Shown piece by piece: positions 1 through 10,082 of a stretch of 59,189 nt of DNA. The first letter of the stretch is position 1; every line of letters begins with the position of its first letter. Under the pieces are notes generated by a model, which was not told the origin of the DNA, searched no databases, and saw only the letters and a program-made list of their open reading frames with translations. Source of the DNA: a virus (lineage: Duplodnaviria; Caudoviricetes). The stretch is taken from IMG/VR virus record IMGVR_UViG_3300044984_002334, positions 1-59,189 of that record. One strand, 5' to 3'. A program made the translations under genes and the position numbers.

Positions 1-147
1 GATGACAGCACAGATGAAGTTATATTCAACGAAGTGAAAAGCTTCTTGAAGAAGGCACGAGCAGGACAGATGTTTAGCACCAGAGATAACGACTGTATTG
101 TCGTAAATACAATTTTCAAATCAAAAACAGAAGATAACGAGAATTAG
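1..147 (+). CDS. 3' end of a hypothetical protein (partial, runs off the window)
   Basis: Frame 1 is open from base 1 (DDSTDEVIFNEVKSFLKK...EDNEN) to TAG at 145-147, 11 nt before the primase ATG. Confidence 0.6.
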   Translation, partial: DDSTDEVIFNEVKSFLKKARAGQMFSTRDNDCIVVNTIFKSKTEDNEN

Positions 148-158
148 AATAAGAGAAA

Positions 159-1124
159 ATGTTTGACTCCGATTTTGACCCATTCAGATTTATCCTAGAG
201 AACCAAGAATCCATTATAGAACACTTCTTCAATATTAAACTTGACGGTAAGAATATTATTTGCTTGTTTAGGGAAGACAAAAACCCAACTTGTGGATTTT
301 ATTATGCTAAAACTGGTAGGCTCTACTACCACGATTTTAAGACTGGAGATAACTTTGATGCTGTGGGAATGGTGATGAACTTGAAAAAGATTAATCGTTC
401 CCAAGCATTAAAATTAATATTAGATAATAAACAAAGATATACTAAGAAAGAAAAGAAAGCAGTGGAAGAAAGAATTTATTCCTACTTAGAACACGAAAAC
501 TTTTCGTACTTTGAGAAATATTATATAAGTAAGAGAACTTTAAATTACTTTAGAGTAAAAGCAATTAAAACGCTGTATATCAATGGTAATGTATACAAGA
601 GATGGAGAGATTTAAACCCAATTTTTAGTTACGGGTATTCTTCTAAGCGACAAAAGTTCTATCGACCAATAACTAAAAATGATGATAAATGGTTTGGAGA
701 TTCTAACCATGATGACGTATTCGGATTAGAACGCTTGCCTTGGGTAGGGCAAACAGTCATTATTACCTCCTCCGCTAAAGATACGATGGTACTTAAAGAG
801 CTTGGCTTCAATGCTATTAACTTTGACTCCGAAACTATCTCTTTACGAAACACTACTATTAAGTCCACTCTCTCGTCTCTTAAACGGAGATTCAAGTATC
901 TATTTGTATATATGGATAATGATGCTGCAGGACTAGCTACTAACAAGAAAATATCCGAATTTATAGGAGCTATGCCTTTAGTCAATCCTTACTCATTTAA
1001 AGATGTATCTGACCACTGCAAGCATTACGGATTAAAAACCACAAAACGTATGGTAGAGAAAATGATATCTAAACAAGTGAGAAACTATGTCATTCCAAAC
1101 GTCACATTCGATGTCCCATTTTAA
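159..1124 (+). CDS. DNA primase (TOPRIM), crAss-like type
   Basis: Degenerate N-terminal zinc-binding-like region (ICLFREDKNPTCGFY..G.LYYHDF), KFYRP...KW, TOPRIM-like VIITSSAKD, YMDNDAAG (DxD) and KDVSD; lies in the replication block. Confidence 0.85.
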   Translation: MFDSDFDPFRFILENQESIIEHFFNIKLDGKNIICLFREDKNPTCGFYYAKTGRLYYHDFKTGDNFDAVGMVMNLKKINRSQALKLILDNKQRYTKKEKKAVEERIYSYLEHENFSYFEKYYISKRTLNYFRVKAIKTLYINGNVYKRWRDLNPIFSYGYSSKRQKFYRPITKNDDKWFGDSNHDDVFGLERLPWVGQTVIITSSAKDTMVLKELGFNAINFDSETISLRNTTIKSTLSSLKRRFKYLFVYMDNDAAGLATNKKISEFIGAMPLVNPYSFKDVSDHCKHYGLKTTKRMVEKMISKQVRNYVIPNVTFDVPF

Positions 1125-1839
1125 TTATAATAAACTACGCATGACAAAAACAGAAATATTAATAGATAGAAATATCATATCTCCGGATTGGGCTGAAGCA
1201 ATACCAGAAGCATTTACTTATTTCTACGATAACATCGCTCCCGAGATAAAAACAAAAGCCCAAAAAGCTCCAGTATACCCAGAAGCACTCAGTATATTCC
1301 GTGCGTTTAAAGAATGTTCAGAAGATAAGGTAAAAGTAGTTATCATTGGACAGGATCCATACCATGATGGTAGCGCAATAGGAGTGTGTTTCGATAATCC
1401 TGTAAAAAGTAAAAAGGTTTCCCCGTCTTTACGGAACATCTTAATAGAGTTAGAAAGTGATTTAAATGGCTACTTAGAAGGTATAAAAAGAAAAGTTTCT
1501 TCTTCTTATTTAGAACACTTGCCAGCACAAGGAGTATTGCTACTAAATACAGCACTAAGTGTAGAACATGGCAAACCAAACTCTCACTCTGAACTTTGGG
1601 CACCATTTACTAAACAGATCATAGAACACTTGAATACTAAAAATGATATCATTTGGGTAATGTGGGGAAATTATGCAAAAAGCTACAAGAAAGTGATAAC
1701 GAACACAACTCATCATTTTATTGAGGGCGCACACCCATCTCCACTCAGTGCAAATCGAGCTGGATTCTTTGGTGGTAAATACTTCTCTAAAACAAATGAG
1801 ATTCTCAAATCACTCAAAAAGAAAGAAATTGTATGGTGA
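1087..1839 (+). CDS. ung: Family-1 uracil-DNA glycosylase (true start probably 1111 or 1141)
   Basis: Canonical motifs VKVVIIGQDPYH, SPSLRNI, QGVLLLNTALSV, SH...W, VMWGNYA and HPSPLS. Confidence 0.95.
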   Translation: MSFQTSHSMSHFNYNKLRMTKTEILIDRNIISPDWAEAIPEAFTYFYDNIAPEIKTKAQKAPVYPEALSIFRAFKECSEDKVKVVIIGQDPYHDGSAIGVCFDNPVKSKKVSPSLRNILIELESDLNGYLEGIKRKVSSSYLEHLPAQGVLLLNTALSVEHGKPNSHSELWAPFTKQIIEHLNTKNDIIWVMWGNYAKSYKKVITNTTHHFIEGAHPSPLSANRAGFFGGKYFSKTNEILKSLKKKEIVW

Positions 1840-2117
1840 TATGTATAATACCTTGGTATTTAGCAGTTGGTGTCATGGCGCTAACTATAATCTTTGCTTG
1901 GTGGGCAACTAAACCAAAGAAATATGAATATGATCTAACTCAGATCACAGAAGTAGATGAACTTCTTCTTCGTCTAGATGAACTAAATGGAGGTTTGTAT
2001 GAAACAACTCCTATTGTATTTATCAGTATTGATGTCGTTGCAAAACTACTTTCATCTAATTGTAGTTACAACAATATGAAAAATAGTTACCCAAAACTGC
2101 AAATAAAAATAACGTAA
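1833..2117 (+). CDS. Hypothetical protein with N-terminal transmembrane helix
   Basis: Hydrophobic IIPWYLAVGVMALTIIFAWWA; overlaps both neighbours (translational coupling). Confidence 0.65.
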   Translation: MVICIIPWYLAVGVMALTIIFAWWATKPKKYEYDLTQITEVDELLLRLDELNGGLYETTPIVFISIDVVAKLLSSNCSYNNMKNSYPKLQIKIT

Positions 2118-2770
2118 TGGACGTTAAAGTACGAAGACGAGGAGCAGCAAAAGAGATAATCGTAGATGGTGTTAAGTATAAGTCTCTGTTAGAAGGAGCA
2201 GCTGCTACACTACTTAAAGAAGCAGGCCTTGAGTTTAAATACGAACCGACTAAGTACGTTCTCTTAGAAGGATTTAAAGGCCAAAACTTTTGCGTAGAAG
2301 AAGACAAATTATCCCCTACTAATATACAGGTAACATATACGCCTGACTTTGTAGGGCCGTATTGGATAATGGAGACTAAAGGAATGAAGACTCCTGACTT
2401 TATGATTAAGTGGAAGTTCTTCAAGCAGAAACTTGAGGAAGAAGGTGATAAGAAGATATTATTCATGCCGCGAAACAAAAAACAGATTATGGGCGCCATA
2501 AAGAAGATCAAGAACTTACGAGTGTTTCAAGAGTGCTTCATGATGATTGATGTGAGAATCGCTTATATCAATAAGTTGATACGAGAGGATAAGATATTTG
2601 CAGAGCGTATGAATGAAGACTATGCAACTGAGGAGCAGCGTAATACTCTAATGAAAGCTCACATGGATAACACTCTTACTTATGATGAAGCAGAAGAGCT
2701 TATTTACGAAGCATTCCCTGTTATGAGTAGCAGATTAACAAAACTTGAAAAATTAATTTCAGCAATATGA
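2117..2770 (+). CDS. T7 endonuclease I-like PD-(D/E)XK nuclease (putative junction resolvase) with C-terminal extension
   Basis: YKSLLE...L...GLEFKYE, then YTPDF and METKG, matching the endonuclease I catalytic pattern. Confidence 0.75.
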   Translation: MDVKVRRRGAAKEIIVDGVKYKSLLEGAAATLLKEAGLEFKYEPTKYVLLEGFKGQNFCVEEDKLSPTNIQVTYTPDFVGPYWIMETKGMKTPDFMIKWKFFKQKLEEEGDKKILFMPRNKKQIMGAIKKIKNLRVFQECFMMIDVRIAYINKLIREDKIFAERMNEDYATEEQRNTLMKAHMDNTLTYDEAEELIYEAFPVMSSRLTKLEKLISAI

Positions 2771-3132
2771 AACAAGAAACATTAGAAGCTATCATGGAGA
2801 GAGAAGCTTTATGGGAGCTAGAAATAAGTATAAAGAACAACTGGTCACGTACAGAATTTGATAGTATTGATAATGCTATACTAGACAAGCTTAGAGAATC
2901 GCATTCAGAAGAAGCTATGGCTGAAGCTAGAATGTATCATCTTGTTTGTATAACAAAAAGCACGGTAGCTTTAAAAGCTGGTGAACAGACAAGTTTCATT
3001 GTATTACAAGATAACGAAACTGAAGCAATAGCTAGTTATGGAACCATAGTCGATACTGCAAATAGCAGCACAATGACGGCTTACGAAACACCTAAGCAAG
3101 TAAAAGAAGTAATTACATACAAAGAAATTTAG
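2767..3132 (+). CDS. Hypothetical protein
   Basis: 121-aa ORF with ATGA overlap to the upstream gene. Confidence 0.7.
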   Translation: MKQETLEAIMEREALWELEISIKNNWSRTEFDSIDNAILDKLRESHSEEAMAEARMYHLVCITKSTVALKAGEQTSFIVLQDNETEAIASYGTIVDTANSSTMTAYETPKQVKEVITYKEI

Positions 3133-3136
3133 AAAA

Positions 3137-3610
3137 ATGGCAAACTTGACAAAAGACGAAGTAAATGTTCTTGCACAAAGAGCATATGATATTAAAGCAG
3201 CAGAGATAGTTCTTCATAATGAAGCTATCAAAGAATCTGAAAAATATAAAGAGTTTGTAAAAGATGTAGAACGCAAGCATATTTTAAAGTTAATTAAAGA
3301 CCGAGAAGAAATACAAGAACAGCACGCTGAAATGGTGGCTACAGGACTTGCTAAACTTGAAGTTCTACGACAAGAAATTAATGATCTTGATAAAGACCAA
3401 GAATATATCAATCATAGGTGGGGAATCCCTTCTTATGAAGCTGTAAAGAATCAAATCGTCGCTAACGAAGGTAAAGTGTTGTTCCCAACTAAGCACATTA
3501 GAAATAATGAGCGATTTGAAAACAAACTTAAGTCAGTAGCGGTAATGAACAAAACTAAGACACCAACAGAAGTGTTAGAGATATTACTAACAGTTAACGA
3601 AGATGAATAA
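3137..3610 (+). CDS. Hypothetical coiled-coil protein
   Basis: 157-aa charged helical ORF with A-rich upstream region. Confidence 0.7.
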   Translation: MANLTKDEVNVLAQRAYDIKAAEIVLHNEAIKESEKYKEFVKDVERKHILKLIKDREEIQEQHAEMVATGLAKLEVLRQEINDLDKDQEYINHRWGIPSYEAVKNQIVANEGKVLFPTKHIRNNERFENKLKSVAVMNKTKTPTEVLEILLTVNEDE

Positions 3611-3869
3611 AAAGACAGAAAACTTGTACAAAGAGCTTGAAGAGTTAGTCCCACTATACGTTAAATATATATTCTTAGGGCAGATCTTAGGTACAAAAGA
3701 AAGAGATATTATAGATCGCTACTCAGGTTTAGGCTTTACTGCTGAAGAACTTGAAGCTGCTTCTAAAGAAGTGTATGCTAAGTTAGTTGAAAAAGAAGCA
3801 ATACCACCATTACCAGAAATCACGGAAGTACTCCCAGGATCTAACTCAGAATTAATTACAGAACTATGA
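3603..3869 (+). CDS. Hypothetical protein
   Basis: 88-aa ORF overlapping its neighbours. Confidence 0.65.
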   Translation: MNKKTENLYKELEELVPLYVKYIFLGQILGTKERDIIDRYSGLGFTAEELEAASKEVYAKLVEKEAIPPLPEITEVLPGSNSELITEL

Positions 3870-4000
3870 TAGCATTAGCAGCAATATTAGGAATTTTTGG
3901 ATTGTGTTTTCTCTTCGGGGAAGTTAAATTAAGCGTCACTTATAACGCTAAGACACGTGTATATACAAACAAGAGAACAGATGAAAAACTGCAAGAATAA
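3866..4000 (+). CDS. Small membrane protein (44 aa, not in the ORF track)
   Basis: MIALAAILGIFGLCFLFGEVKLSVTYNAKTRVYTNKRTDEKLQE; ATGA overlap upstream and TAATG overlap downstream fill the gap exactly. Confidence 0.65.
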   Translation: MIALAAILGIFGLCFLFGEVKLSVTYNAKTRVYTNKRTDEKLQE

Positions 4001-5055
4001 TGGATACTAAAATAACGGATTACTTTAAGAGCAAGAGGGTGAGTAACTCTATGTTAAGTGGATTACACAATCCTCGATGGATAAAAATCAAGTTTAACAA
4101 CCCAGACACAGAAGATGAAGATCGAAAAGCATTTCGTATTGGCGGTGCCTTGGACTGCCTTCTCACTTCACCAGATCGTTGGGAAAATGATTACCATGTA
4201 AGTGATGCTATACGCCCATCAGGATACATGGGGAAATTTGTAGAGCATCTACCATGCGGACTCGACGAATCATCCGCATCTGAACTCTATCAAGTGGGAT
4301 ATGAAAAGTCCGGGTATAAAATGAAGATAGAACGTGTTATCGAAAACATGTGGAAGAATGAAGAAACAGCTAAATATTATAGGTCTGTATGCGAAGTTAC
4401 TGGAAAAGTAATCATAAGTAAAGATGAATATGAGTTAGTATTGAAATGTAAGGACCTGATTCTCGCTAATGAATTTACCCACCCCTACTTTGTTACTTGG
4501 GATGATTGGATGGATAACCATATAGAACTAATACACCAATACCCTATCTACTTTGATTATAACGGGTTTGAATGTAAAGGGTTGCTAGACGGCATACGAA
4601 TTGATCACAAGGAAAAGAAGATATACCCATTTGATTTGAAGACTACCTCAGGAGGTGTTTATAACTTTCATGAGAGTTTCTTAAAGTGGGGATATTACAG
4701 ACAATGCGCTTTTTACGAGCAAGCAATGCTTACTGATGAGCTAATTAGCAACTTAGTAGCAGATGGCTACACTATTGAAGATTTTGTATTTGTAGTTGTA
4801 GACTCTAAGCTAAGCTCATCGCAAGCTGCAGTGATCTATAAAACAAGTAAAAGGGATAGAGAGTGTGGTTTAACAGGTTGTTACGTAGGAAATAAGTATT
4901 ATAAAGGAATCAATGAATTAATGGAGGAACTTAGGTTCCATATCGAAACGGATTACTGGGACCTTCCTAAAGACGTGTACCTTAGTAACGGTGTAATTAA
5001 ACTAGACGTATTTAATGACGCAGAAAAGCAGATCGTTCATTCTCCCGATGCTTAA
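4000..5055 (+). CDS. PD-(D/E)XK exonuclease (RecE/exonuclease VIII-like, DUF3799-like)
   Basis: SNSML, IGGALD, CKGLLD...FDLKTT and YYRQCAFY (QxxxY) motifs. Confidence 0.8.
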   Translation: MDTKITDYFKSKRVSNSMLSGLHNPRWIKIKFNNPDTEDEDRKAFRIGGALDCLLTSPDRWENDYHVSDAIRPSGYMGKFVEHLPCGLDESSASELYQVGYEKSGYKMKIERVIENMWKNEETAKYYRSVCEVTGKVIISKDEYELVLKCKDLILANEFTHPYFVTWDDWMDNHIELIHQYPIYFDYNGFECKGLLDGIRIDHKEKKIYPFDLKTTSGGVYNFHESFLKWGYYRQCAFYEQAMLTDELISNLVADGYTIEDFVFVVVDSKLSSSQAAVIYKTSKRDRECGLTGCYVGNKYYKGINELMEELRFHIETDYWDLPKDVYLSNGVIKLDVFNDAEKQIVHSPDA

Positions 5056-5533
5056 ATTGGGAGTACCGCAGAACTACATTATCAACACCTACTTAGGTAA
5101 CTCAGAATATGAAAGTAACGAGGATTGGGGAAATTTCTTTTACGTAGAATTACGTGAGGACACCCCCACTATCTTACTGTCTAAAGCAAGAATTAATGAA
5201 GCATACCAACATGAATACGATACCTTAACAGGATCTATCATGCTAATATTTAGAATATCGGACTACCAAAAAGACCACATAGTTACTCCTTTTATTAAAG
5301 GCAAGTACTCTGAAATTGATCGCGCTTATGTTCGAGAACACTTCTCTCAATATATACAAGGCCAGCTATCATTCGATTATAGAATCCTCACCAAAGATAA
5401 ATATACCCCCTCAAGATTTATCCTTATCCGAGATTACTGGAAACGTCAGATTGGAATAGCGCTTCCTGAAGATGCTGAGATCTGGAGTATCCCGAGTAAG
5501 GAAGATGAAATATATTTGCACTTATCACTTTAA
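5015..5533 (+). CDS. Hypothetical protein (crAss-like gene following the exonuclease)
   Basis: 172-aa ORF; FILPML...F..GKYSEI...EIWS pattern recalled from crAss-like phages, not verified. Confidence 0.7.
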   Translation: MTQKSRSFILPMLKLGVPQNYIINTYLGNSEYESNEDWGNFFYVELREDTPTILLSKARINEAYQHEYDTLTGSIMLIFRISDYQKDHIVTPFIKGKYSEIDRAYVREHFSQYIQGQLSFDYRILTKDKYTPSRFILIRDYWKRQIGIALPEDAEIWSIPSKEDEIYLHLSL

Positions 5534-5545
5534 ATTTTATATAAC

Positions 5546-5704
5546 ATGCGTTCTAAAAAAGGTCAGCTCACTAACACACAGATGAAGAATTCACTTAAAG
5601 CACAAGGCTTTACTAACACTAAGAAATCCTCATTGGGTTTTCAAAAGTGGGTACACGCAGATGGAAAGACTCTATTAGTAAATGGAATTCAGATCCTTAA
5701 GTAA
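5546..5704 (+). CDS. Small basic protein (52 aa), weak HicA-like pattern
   Basis: MRSKKGQLTNTQMKNSLKAQGFTNTKKSSLGFQKWVHADGKTLLVNGIQILK; AT-rich leader, ends just before the terminator. Confidence 0.55.
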   Translation: MRSKKGQLTNTQMKNSLKAQGFTNTKKSSLGFQKWVHADGKTLLVNGIQILK

Positions 5705-5720
5705 ATAATCGAGATTAAAC

Positions 5721-5763
5721 ACAAAAGGGGGTACTTCGCTATGAAGTACCCCCTTATTTTTTT
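5721..5763. terminator. Bidirectional intrinsic terminator between the convergent replication and virion blocks
   Basis: Perfect 13-bp stem AAGGGGGTACTTC (5725-5737), GCTAT loop, GAAGTACCCCCTT (5743-5755); T-tract follows on + and an A-run precedes it (T-run on -). Confidence 0.9.
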
Positions 5764-5771
5764 CCTAACGC

Positions 5772-8700
5772 TTAATAAGTTCTCACATCCAAAAACTGTT
5801 GAAAGTAAGAATCATTTTCCATCTTAGAATATAAATCGTGATATGCAGAAATAAAAGGAATACTTCTCTGAAGATCTTTACTCCCTCGGAAATTACCGTC
5901 TCGTGTTAATGCTTTATCATCCATACCAACTGTGTACATAAGCACACTCCAAAAAAACTTAGAAGATGAATCTAACATTGCAATTGACTTCTTAGCTGTA
6001 ACTGGAGCTGAAAGATTAATCGCATTCTTAAGAATCTCTATTGGAGAAACATACGAACCAAAATCATCAGTGATCCGGTAGAACATTTTCTTAGTAGTGT
6101 CTTTATCGTCATCATCCCACATACTCTTACCTGCAAGTATCATAAAGAAGTAGAGTGCTGAAGTAATGGCAAAGTCTTTAAGATCTTCTTTCTGTTGCTC
6201 AGAAAGCTTATCCCAATCGTAAGACTCATCAAACTGAAAACCAAAGAACTCACGTATTTTAGAACCTTTATCTCCTGGAGTAGAATTTTGTATAGCTAAC
6301 CTATTAAAAAGTAAACCTAACAACATTCTCCAACGGCCTTCTACAATAGATGCATCCCACTTAAGTATCTCCTTACCGTGGATATCAACTTCCTTCTTAA
6401 AAAAGCCTTCTCCTTGTCTCGTTCCACGCGATGCCCAAACATTTTTAAGTATTGAAGGAAGATAACGTTTTAACTGCATCATAAGTTCACCAAGTATATA
6501 ATACTCAGCAGCTACTCTTTCATCTAACCTATAACCTCCATGAATCTTCTCATAAAGAAATTTCATAGCATTTACTTCTTCTATTTCTAAGCCCAGTACT
6601 TCCTTATACGAAGGTTTGTCTGAGAAATTAGAGGTGCTACGCTGCCCACGAGATCCTCCTTGGTAAGTAATATTGCCATCTACAACTTCATAAGCATCCC
6701 ACATTGAGATCTCGTTACCATTCTTATCTACAGTTTTCATAGCTTTTAGTTGCGCTATAAACATAGAAGTCGCAAGTACTTCTTCAGGTAAAGAGTGAAA
6801 AAGTGTTAAAGTTTTAGTAGTGAATAAATTATTGTTAGCTGTCAACATTTCATTCTTAGATGAGTACCAATCCACATTATCAGGCATATATCCAAATTGT
6901 TCCATGAGTAACCAACCTTTAGTGGTGCGAAAGTTACCTGTAAATGCATCTCGACCAAACATGCCAATTGCTTCAGCATATCCTTCTCGAAGATGAGAAA
7001 GACCAAAAGACGCATTGCCTACCTTAGAACCAAAAGAGTTACGAGCTGCTTCTTTAAGAGTTACAAGATTAGCAAACACAGCGTTTACAGAACCTGAAAC
7101 AGGTTTTAACCACATAGTAACTCCACTAAAATAAGATTTAACTGAACGAAGAAACTTAACTCCACTAAACTGTTTATAACCTTCTTCTGTTACTTTGCCA
7201 AACGAACGGCCACTAAAATCAATTCCTGTAGATTTCTTACCTAAAATATGAAGATTAACTGAGTCTTCTATATATGCTTCAAGTCTTGGCTTTTCTGCAC
7301 CATTTTCCATTCGCTTATTAAAGTCAAGATATAACTTAAGACCTAACCCATAAGCATAAACCTCATCCATATGAAGCTTGTAAAAGTTCTGTTTTACAAA
7401 GTTATCTAACGAAAGCTCAAGGTTCAGTGTGTAGGCTTGTTGATCCATGATATGATCATTATCTAAATACTTCATAGGAATAGCTTCACGAGAAGCATCC
7501 CACTTGTCAAACACCATTTCGTAGTAATACGTGAAAGTACGATTGTAGATAAACTTTAACGTTTCTTTAGAGAAAGTGCTGTACCTTCTAGCTACATCAT
7601 ATAACTGAGGAGCATACTTAGGAAAGAATCCTTTATAGTAAGCAAACTCAGGACGAGAAGAGTTGGAGTACTTACCATTAAACAGGTCAAGGTTGGTCAC
7701 ATTAAGTTTGCGGCCAGCGCGCTCTGTAAATGTAACTACTCGATTAGCTAGTGCAGTGTTGCCTTTAGGAATATTCTCATAGTTAGCTAACTTGTCGTTA
7801 AAGAACATCTCAACAGAGTTGTTTACAAAGTTTAAAAAGTTCTGTTGCGCCTGAGAAAAACTCTTAAACTCAGAGTCATCAGCATGATATAACCGAGTTC
7901 CTTTATATGCCCATTCGAAAAGCTTTGTGCGATCTATTCCACCTATTACTTTAGAGTACGGCTTACCTGTACGCTCTTCTATTAGCGGGTTCAGTACATC
8001 ATCAAAAGCAGCTCTCCACTTACCATGCGCTGTCCTCGCATGCTGTTTCTTTTCAGAAAGTATCGAGTAATAAGCCTTGATATAAGGATTAGTAGAAGCT
8101 GTATTAGTTCCCATCCAACGATCCATCCAACCCATATCAGTATCCCAAGACTTGAGATCCATTTCAGGATCTCTCTTTAACTCGTTAATCTCTTTAATAA
8201 GCTCAGCTATCTGCACATATCTCTCCTTACCTGAGTGCTTACCTACTGTTATGTTCTTATATAGATTAGTATCAAACATAACTAAAGATTGAAGTTCTAA
8301 CATCTTAAGTTTAAGCACTTCTCCAGCTTCCTTGTTACCATACTTGTTAGCAGAGACATAGTTATATGTGGCTGTATCAAATATAGAAGGGGAAGCTTCT
8401 AACATAGCTTTGTAAGTAGAAGGACGCTCAGCCTGTAAATACGACTTAATCATCTTAAGGTAAGCGGGTGTGTTGATGAATCGTGCAGAGTCTATCTCAT
8501 CTATATTGTAACGATTAGTTACGTGCACCACTTCCAAATTCTTAAATCGCGCTTTAGGATTGTTCAGCTTAATCATCATAGCGTATAGCATGATCTGAAG
8601 CTTAGCCTTGTTACGAGGGTTTACGAAGATATCAGCATCTCCAGCTCTTCCATATTTAAAGAAATCAAGTTCAAAGTTTCTATCAAAATGCTTACCTGTC

Positions 8701-10082
8701 TTTAAATCAAACACACTAAAGATATCTCCACCATGATCTATTACTAAGTCAGGTGTTCCCCCTACGTTCATAATCTTACTTACCATAGAAGGTTCCGCAA
8801 TAAGCTTATCAGTTCGTAATGAAGGATTATCGTTATATGCATTTGTGCCTGTTCGACCAATAATACGCTTTATTGCTTCAGCATCTAACCAATCAAATTC
8901 TTTAGGCGCAATACCTGATACCGAATACATCTCAGATAAACCCGTGTTATCACCAGAAATAAAGTTAGAAATAATTTTGTGAAAGATTATTCCTTTGTAC
9001 TTACCTATCTCATAGGTCTCATCTACTAATCGTTTATATGTTTCATAATCTACTGCAGTAACGAACTGAGAGAACTTCTTCTTTTCAGTCTTGTCAGTAT
9101 CTTTCCAAAAGTTATCAGCTTGACGAGTTCCGAAAGTATCCACAAGAGTAAATGGTTTATGTTGCATAGCAGGCATAAACTCATTAGTCACTGTCTGGTA
9201 TTCTTCACCATCCATTGTATACACCTGTTTAATCTCATCTTTAACTGCATTAGACAACACAGAGTAAGAGGGAGAAACGGGGTACTTAAGAGTAAGGAAA
9301 TCTCTGAATGCTTTTACATCTTCAGGAGTGCCAATAAAATGTACCTGCTCTGGTTCATGTACTGCAATCTCATCGTACTCATCATTGTATACACCATCAT
9401 ATCCTTGATCCTTACCTAATGATGGGAGTATGTGTTTAGATCTCTGCTCTCTGAAATCGTCCATAATAGCAGGAAAATCATTAGACTTAGAAGTGAGAAG
9501 GTTCTTTATATTCACTAAGAATAGCCCAGGTTCTCCATATTCACTAACAGTACTTTCATAACCAAGACCAAAATAAAAACCAGCTCCTGAAGGGTATAGT
9601 CCTGAATACCCAGACAAACCTATAGCACTCTTGTCAAACTTCTTAGGTTGCTTTAAATATTCTTCCAGACTTTGTAATCTTTGCAGATCGAATCCTTCTA
9701 AAGTACCTTGTTGTTTTTGTAATCTGAGACTTTCTAATTCTCCATTACGAACATCCATGTATTCTGGAAATTGCGTATTAATTTGCCCAGCATGATAAAC
9801 AATATCTTTAATCGCTGATTTAGGGAAAATAGAATTTAAGTAAGCTGCATATTCTTGCTGGTTACCAACAGTACTTAACTGTGGATATTTTCTAAAGGCT
9901 ATATCAACTCCTGAAATTGAGGGGGCCGAAGCCCCTACTATCTCATTCGCATTTGGAAAATGATCCGCATTATTCTTATCCTGCCAGATAGCAACCTTAG
10001 CAGATAACAATGGTACTGAAAGGCCAGTTTGTTCTTGGAGGGCCTTAAACTCCGGATTATTAATATTTACGCATTTAGCCAT
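5772..10082 (-). CDS. Large virion cargo/ejection protein with ADP-ribosyltransferase-like and RecB-type nuclease domains
   Basis: IFPKSAIKDIVYHAG...GAGFYFG...YDGV...DEIAV (ART-like H-Y-E pattern); G..FH...E...GTPDLVID...FDLKTG...QIMLY (PD-(D/E)XK); hydrophobic helices near the C-terminus; last gene after the RNAP. Confidence 0.75.
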   Translation of the reverse strand: MAKCVNINNPEFKALQEQTGLSVPLLSAKVAIWQDKNNADHFPNANEIVGASAPSISGVDIAFRKYPQLSTVGNQQEYAAYLNSIFPKSAIKDIVYHAGQINTQFPEYMDVRNGELESLRLQKQQGTLEGFDLQRLQSLEEYLKQPKKFDKSAIGLSGYSGLYPSGAGFYFGLGYESTVSEYGEPGLFLVNIKNLLTSKSNDFPAIMDDFREQRSKHILPSLGKDQGYDGVYNDEYDEIAVHEPEQVHFIGTPEDVKAFRDFLTLKYPVSPSYSVLSNAVKDEIKQVYTMDGEEYQTVTNEFMPAMQHKPFTLVDTFGTRQADNFWKDTDKTEKKKFSQFVTAVDYETYKRLVDETYEIGKYKGIIFHKIISNFISGDNTGLSEMYSVSGIAPKEFDWLDAEAIKRIIGRTGTNAYNDNPSLRTDKLIAEPSMVSKIMNVGGTPDLVIDHGGDIFSVFDLKTGKHFDRNFELDFFKYGRAGDADIFVNPRNKAKLQIMLYAMMIKLNNPKARFKNLEVVHVTNRYNIDEIDSARFINTPAYLKMIKSYLQAERPSTYKAMLEASPSIFDTATYNYVSANKYGNKEAGEVLKLKMLELQSLVMFDTNLYKNITVGKHSGKERYVQIAELIKEINELKRDPEMDLKSWDTDMGWMDRWMGTNTASTNPYIKAYYSILSEKKQHARTAHGKWRAAFDDVLNPLIEERTGKPYSKVIGGIDRTKLFEWAYKGTRLYHADDSEFKSFSQAQQNFLNFVNNSVEMFFNDKLANYENIPKGNTALANRVVTFTERAGRKLNVTNLDLFNGKYSNSSRPEFAYYKGFFPKYAPQLYDVARRYSTFSKETLKFIYNRTFTYYYEMVFDKWDASREAIPMKYLDNDHIMDQQAYTLNLELSLDNFVKQNFYKLHMDEVYAYGLGLKLYLDFNKRMENGAEKPRLEAYIEDSVNLHILGKKSTGIDFSGRSFGKVTEEGYKQFSGVKFLRSVKSYFSGVTMWLKPVSGSVNAVFANLVTLKEAARNSFGSKVGNASFGLSHLREGYAEAIGMFGRDAFTGNFRTTKGWLLMEQFGYMPDNVDWYSSKNEMLTANNNLFTTKTLTLFHSLPEEVLATSMFIAQLKAMKTVDKNGNEISMWDAYEVVDGNITYQGGSRGQRSTSNFSDKPSYKEVLGLEIEEVNAMKFLYEKIHGGYRLDERVAAEYYILGELMMQLKRYLPSILKNVWASRGTRQGEGFFKKEVDIHGKEILKWDASIVEGRWRMLLGLLFNRLAIQNSTPGDKGSKIREFFGFQFDESYDWDKLSEQQKEDLKDFAITSALYFFMILAGKSMWDDDDKDTTKKMFYRITDDFGSYVSPIEILKNAINLSAPVTAKKSIAMLDSSSKFFWSVLMYTVGMDDKALTRDGNFRGSKDLQRSIPFISAYHDLYSKMENDSYFQQFLDVRTY

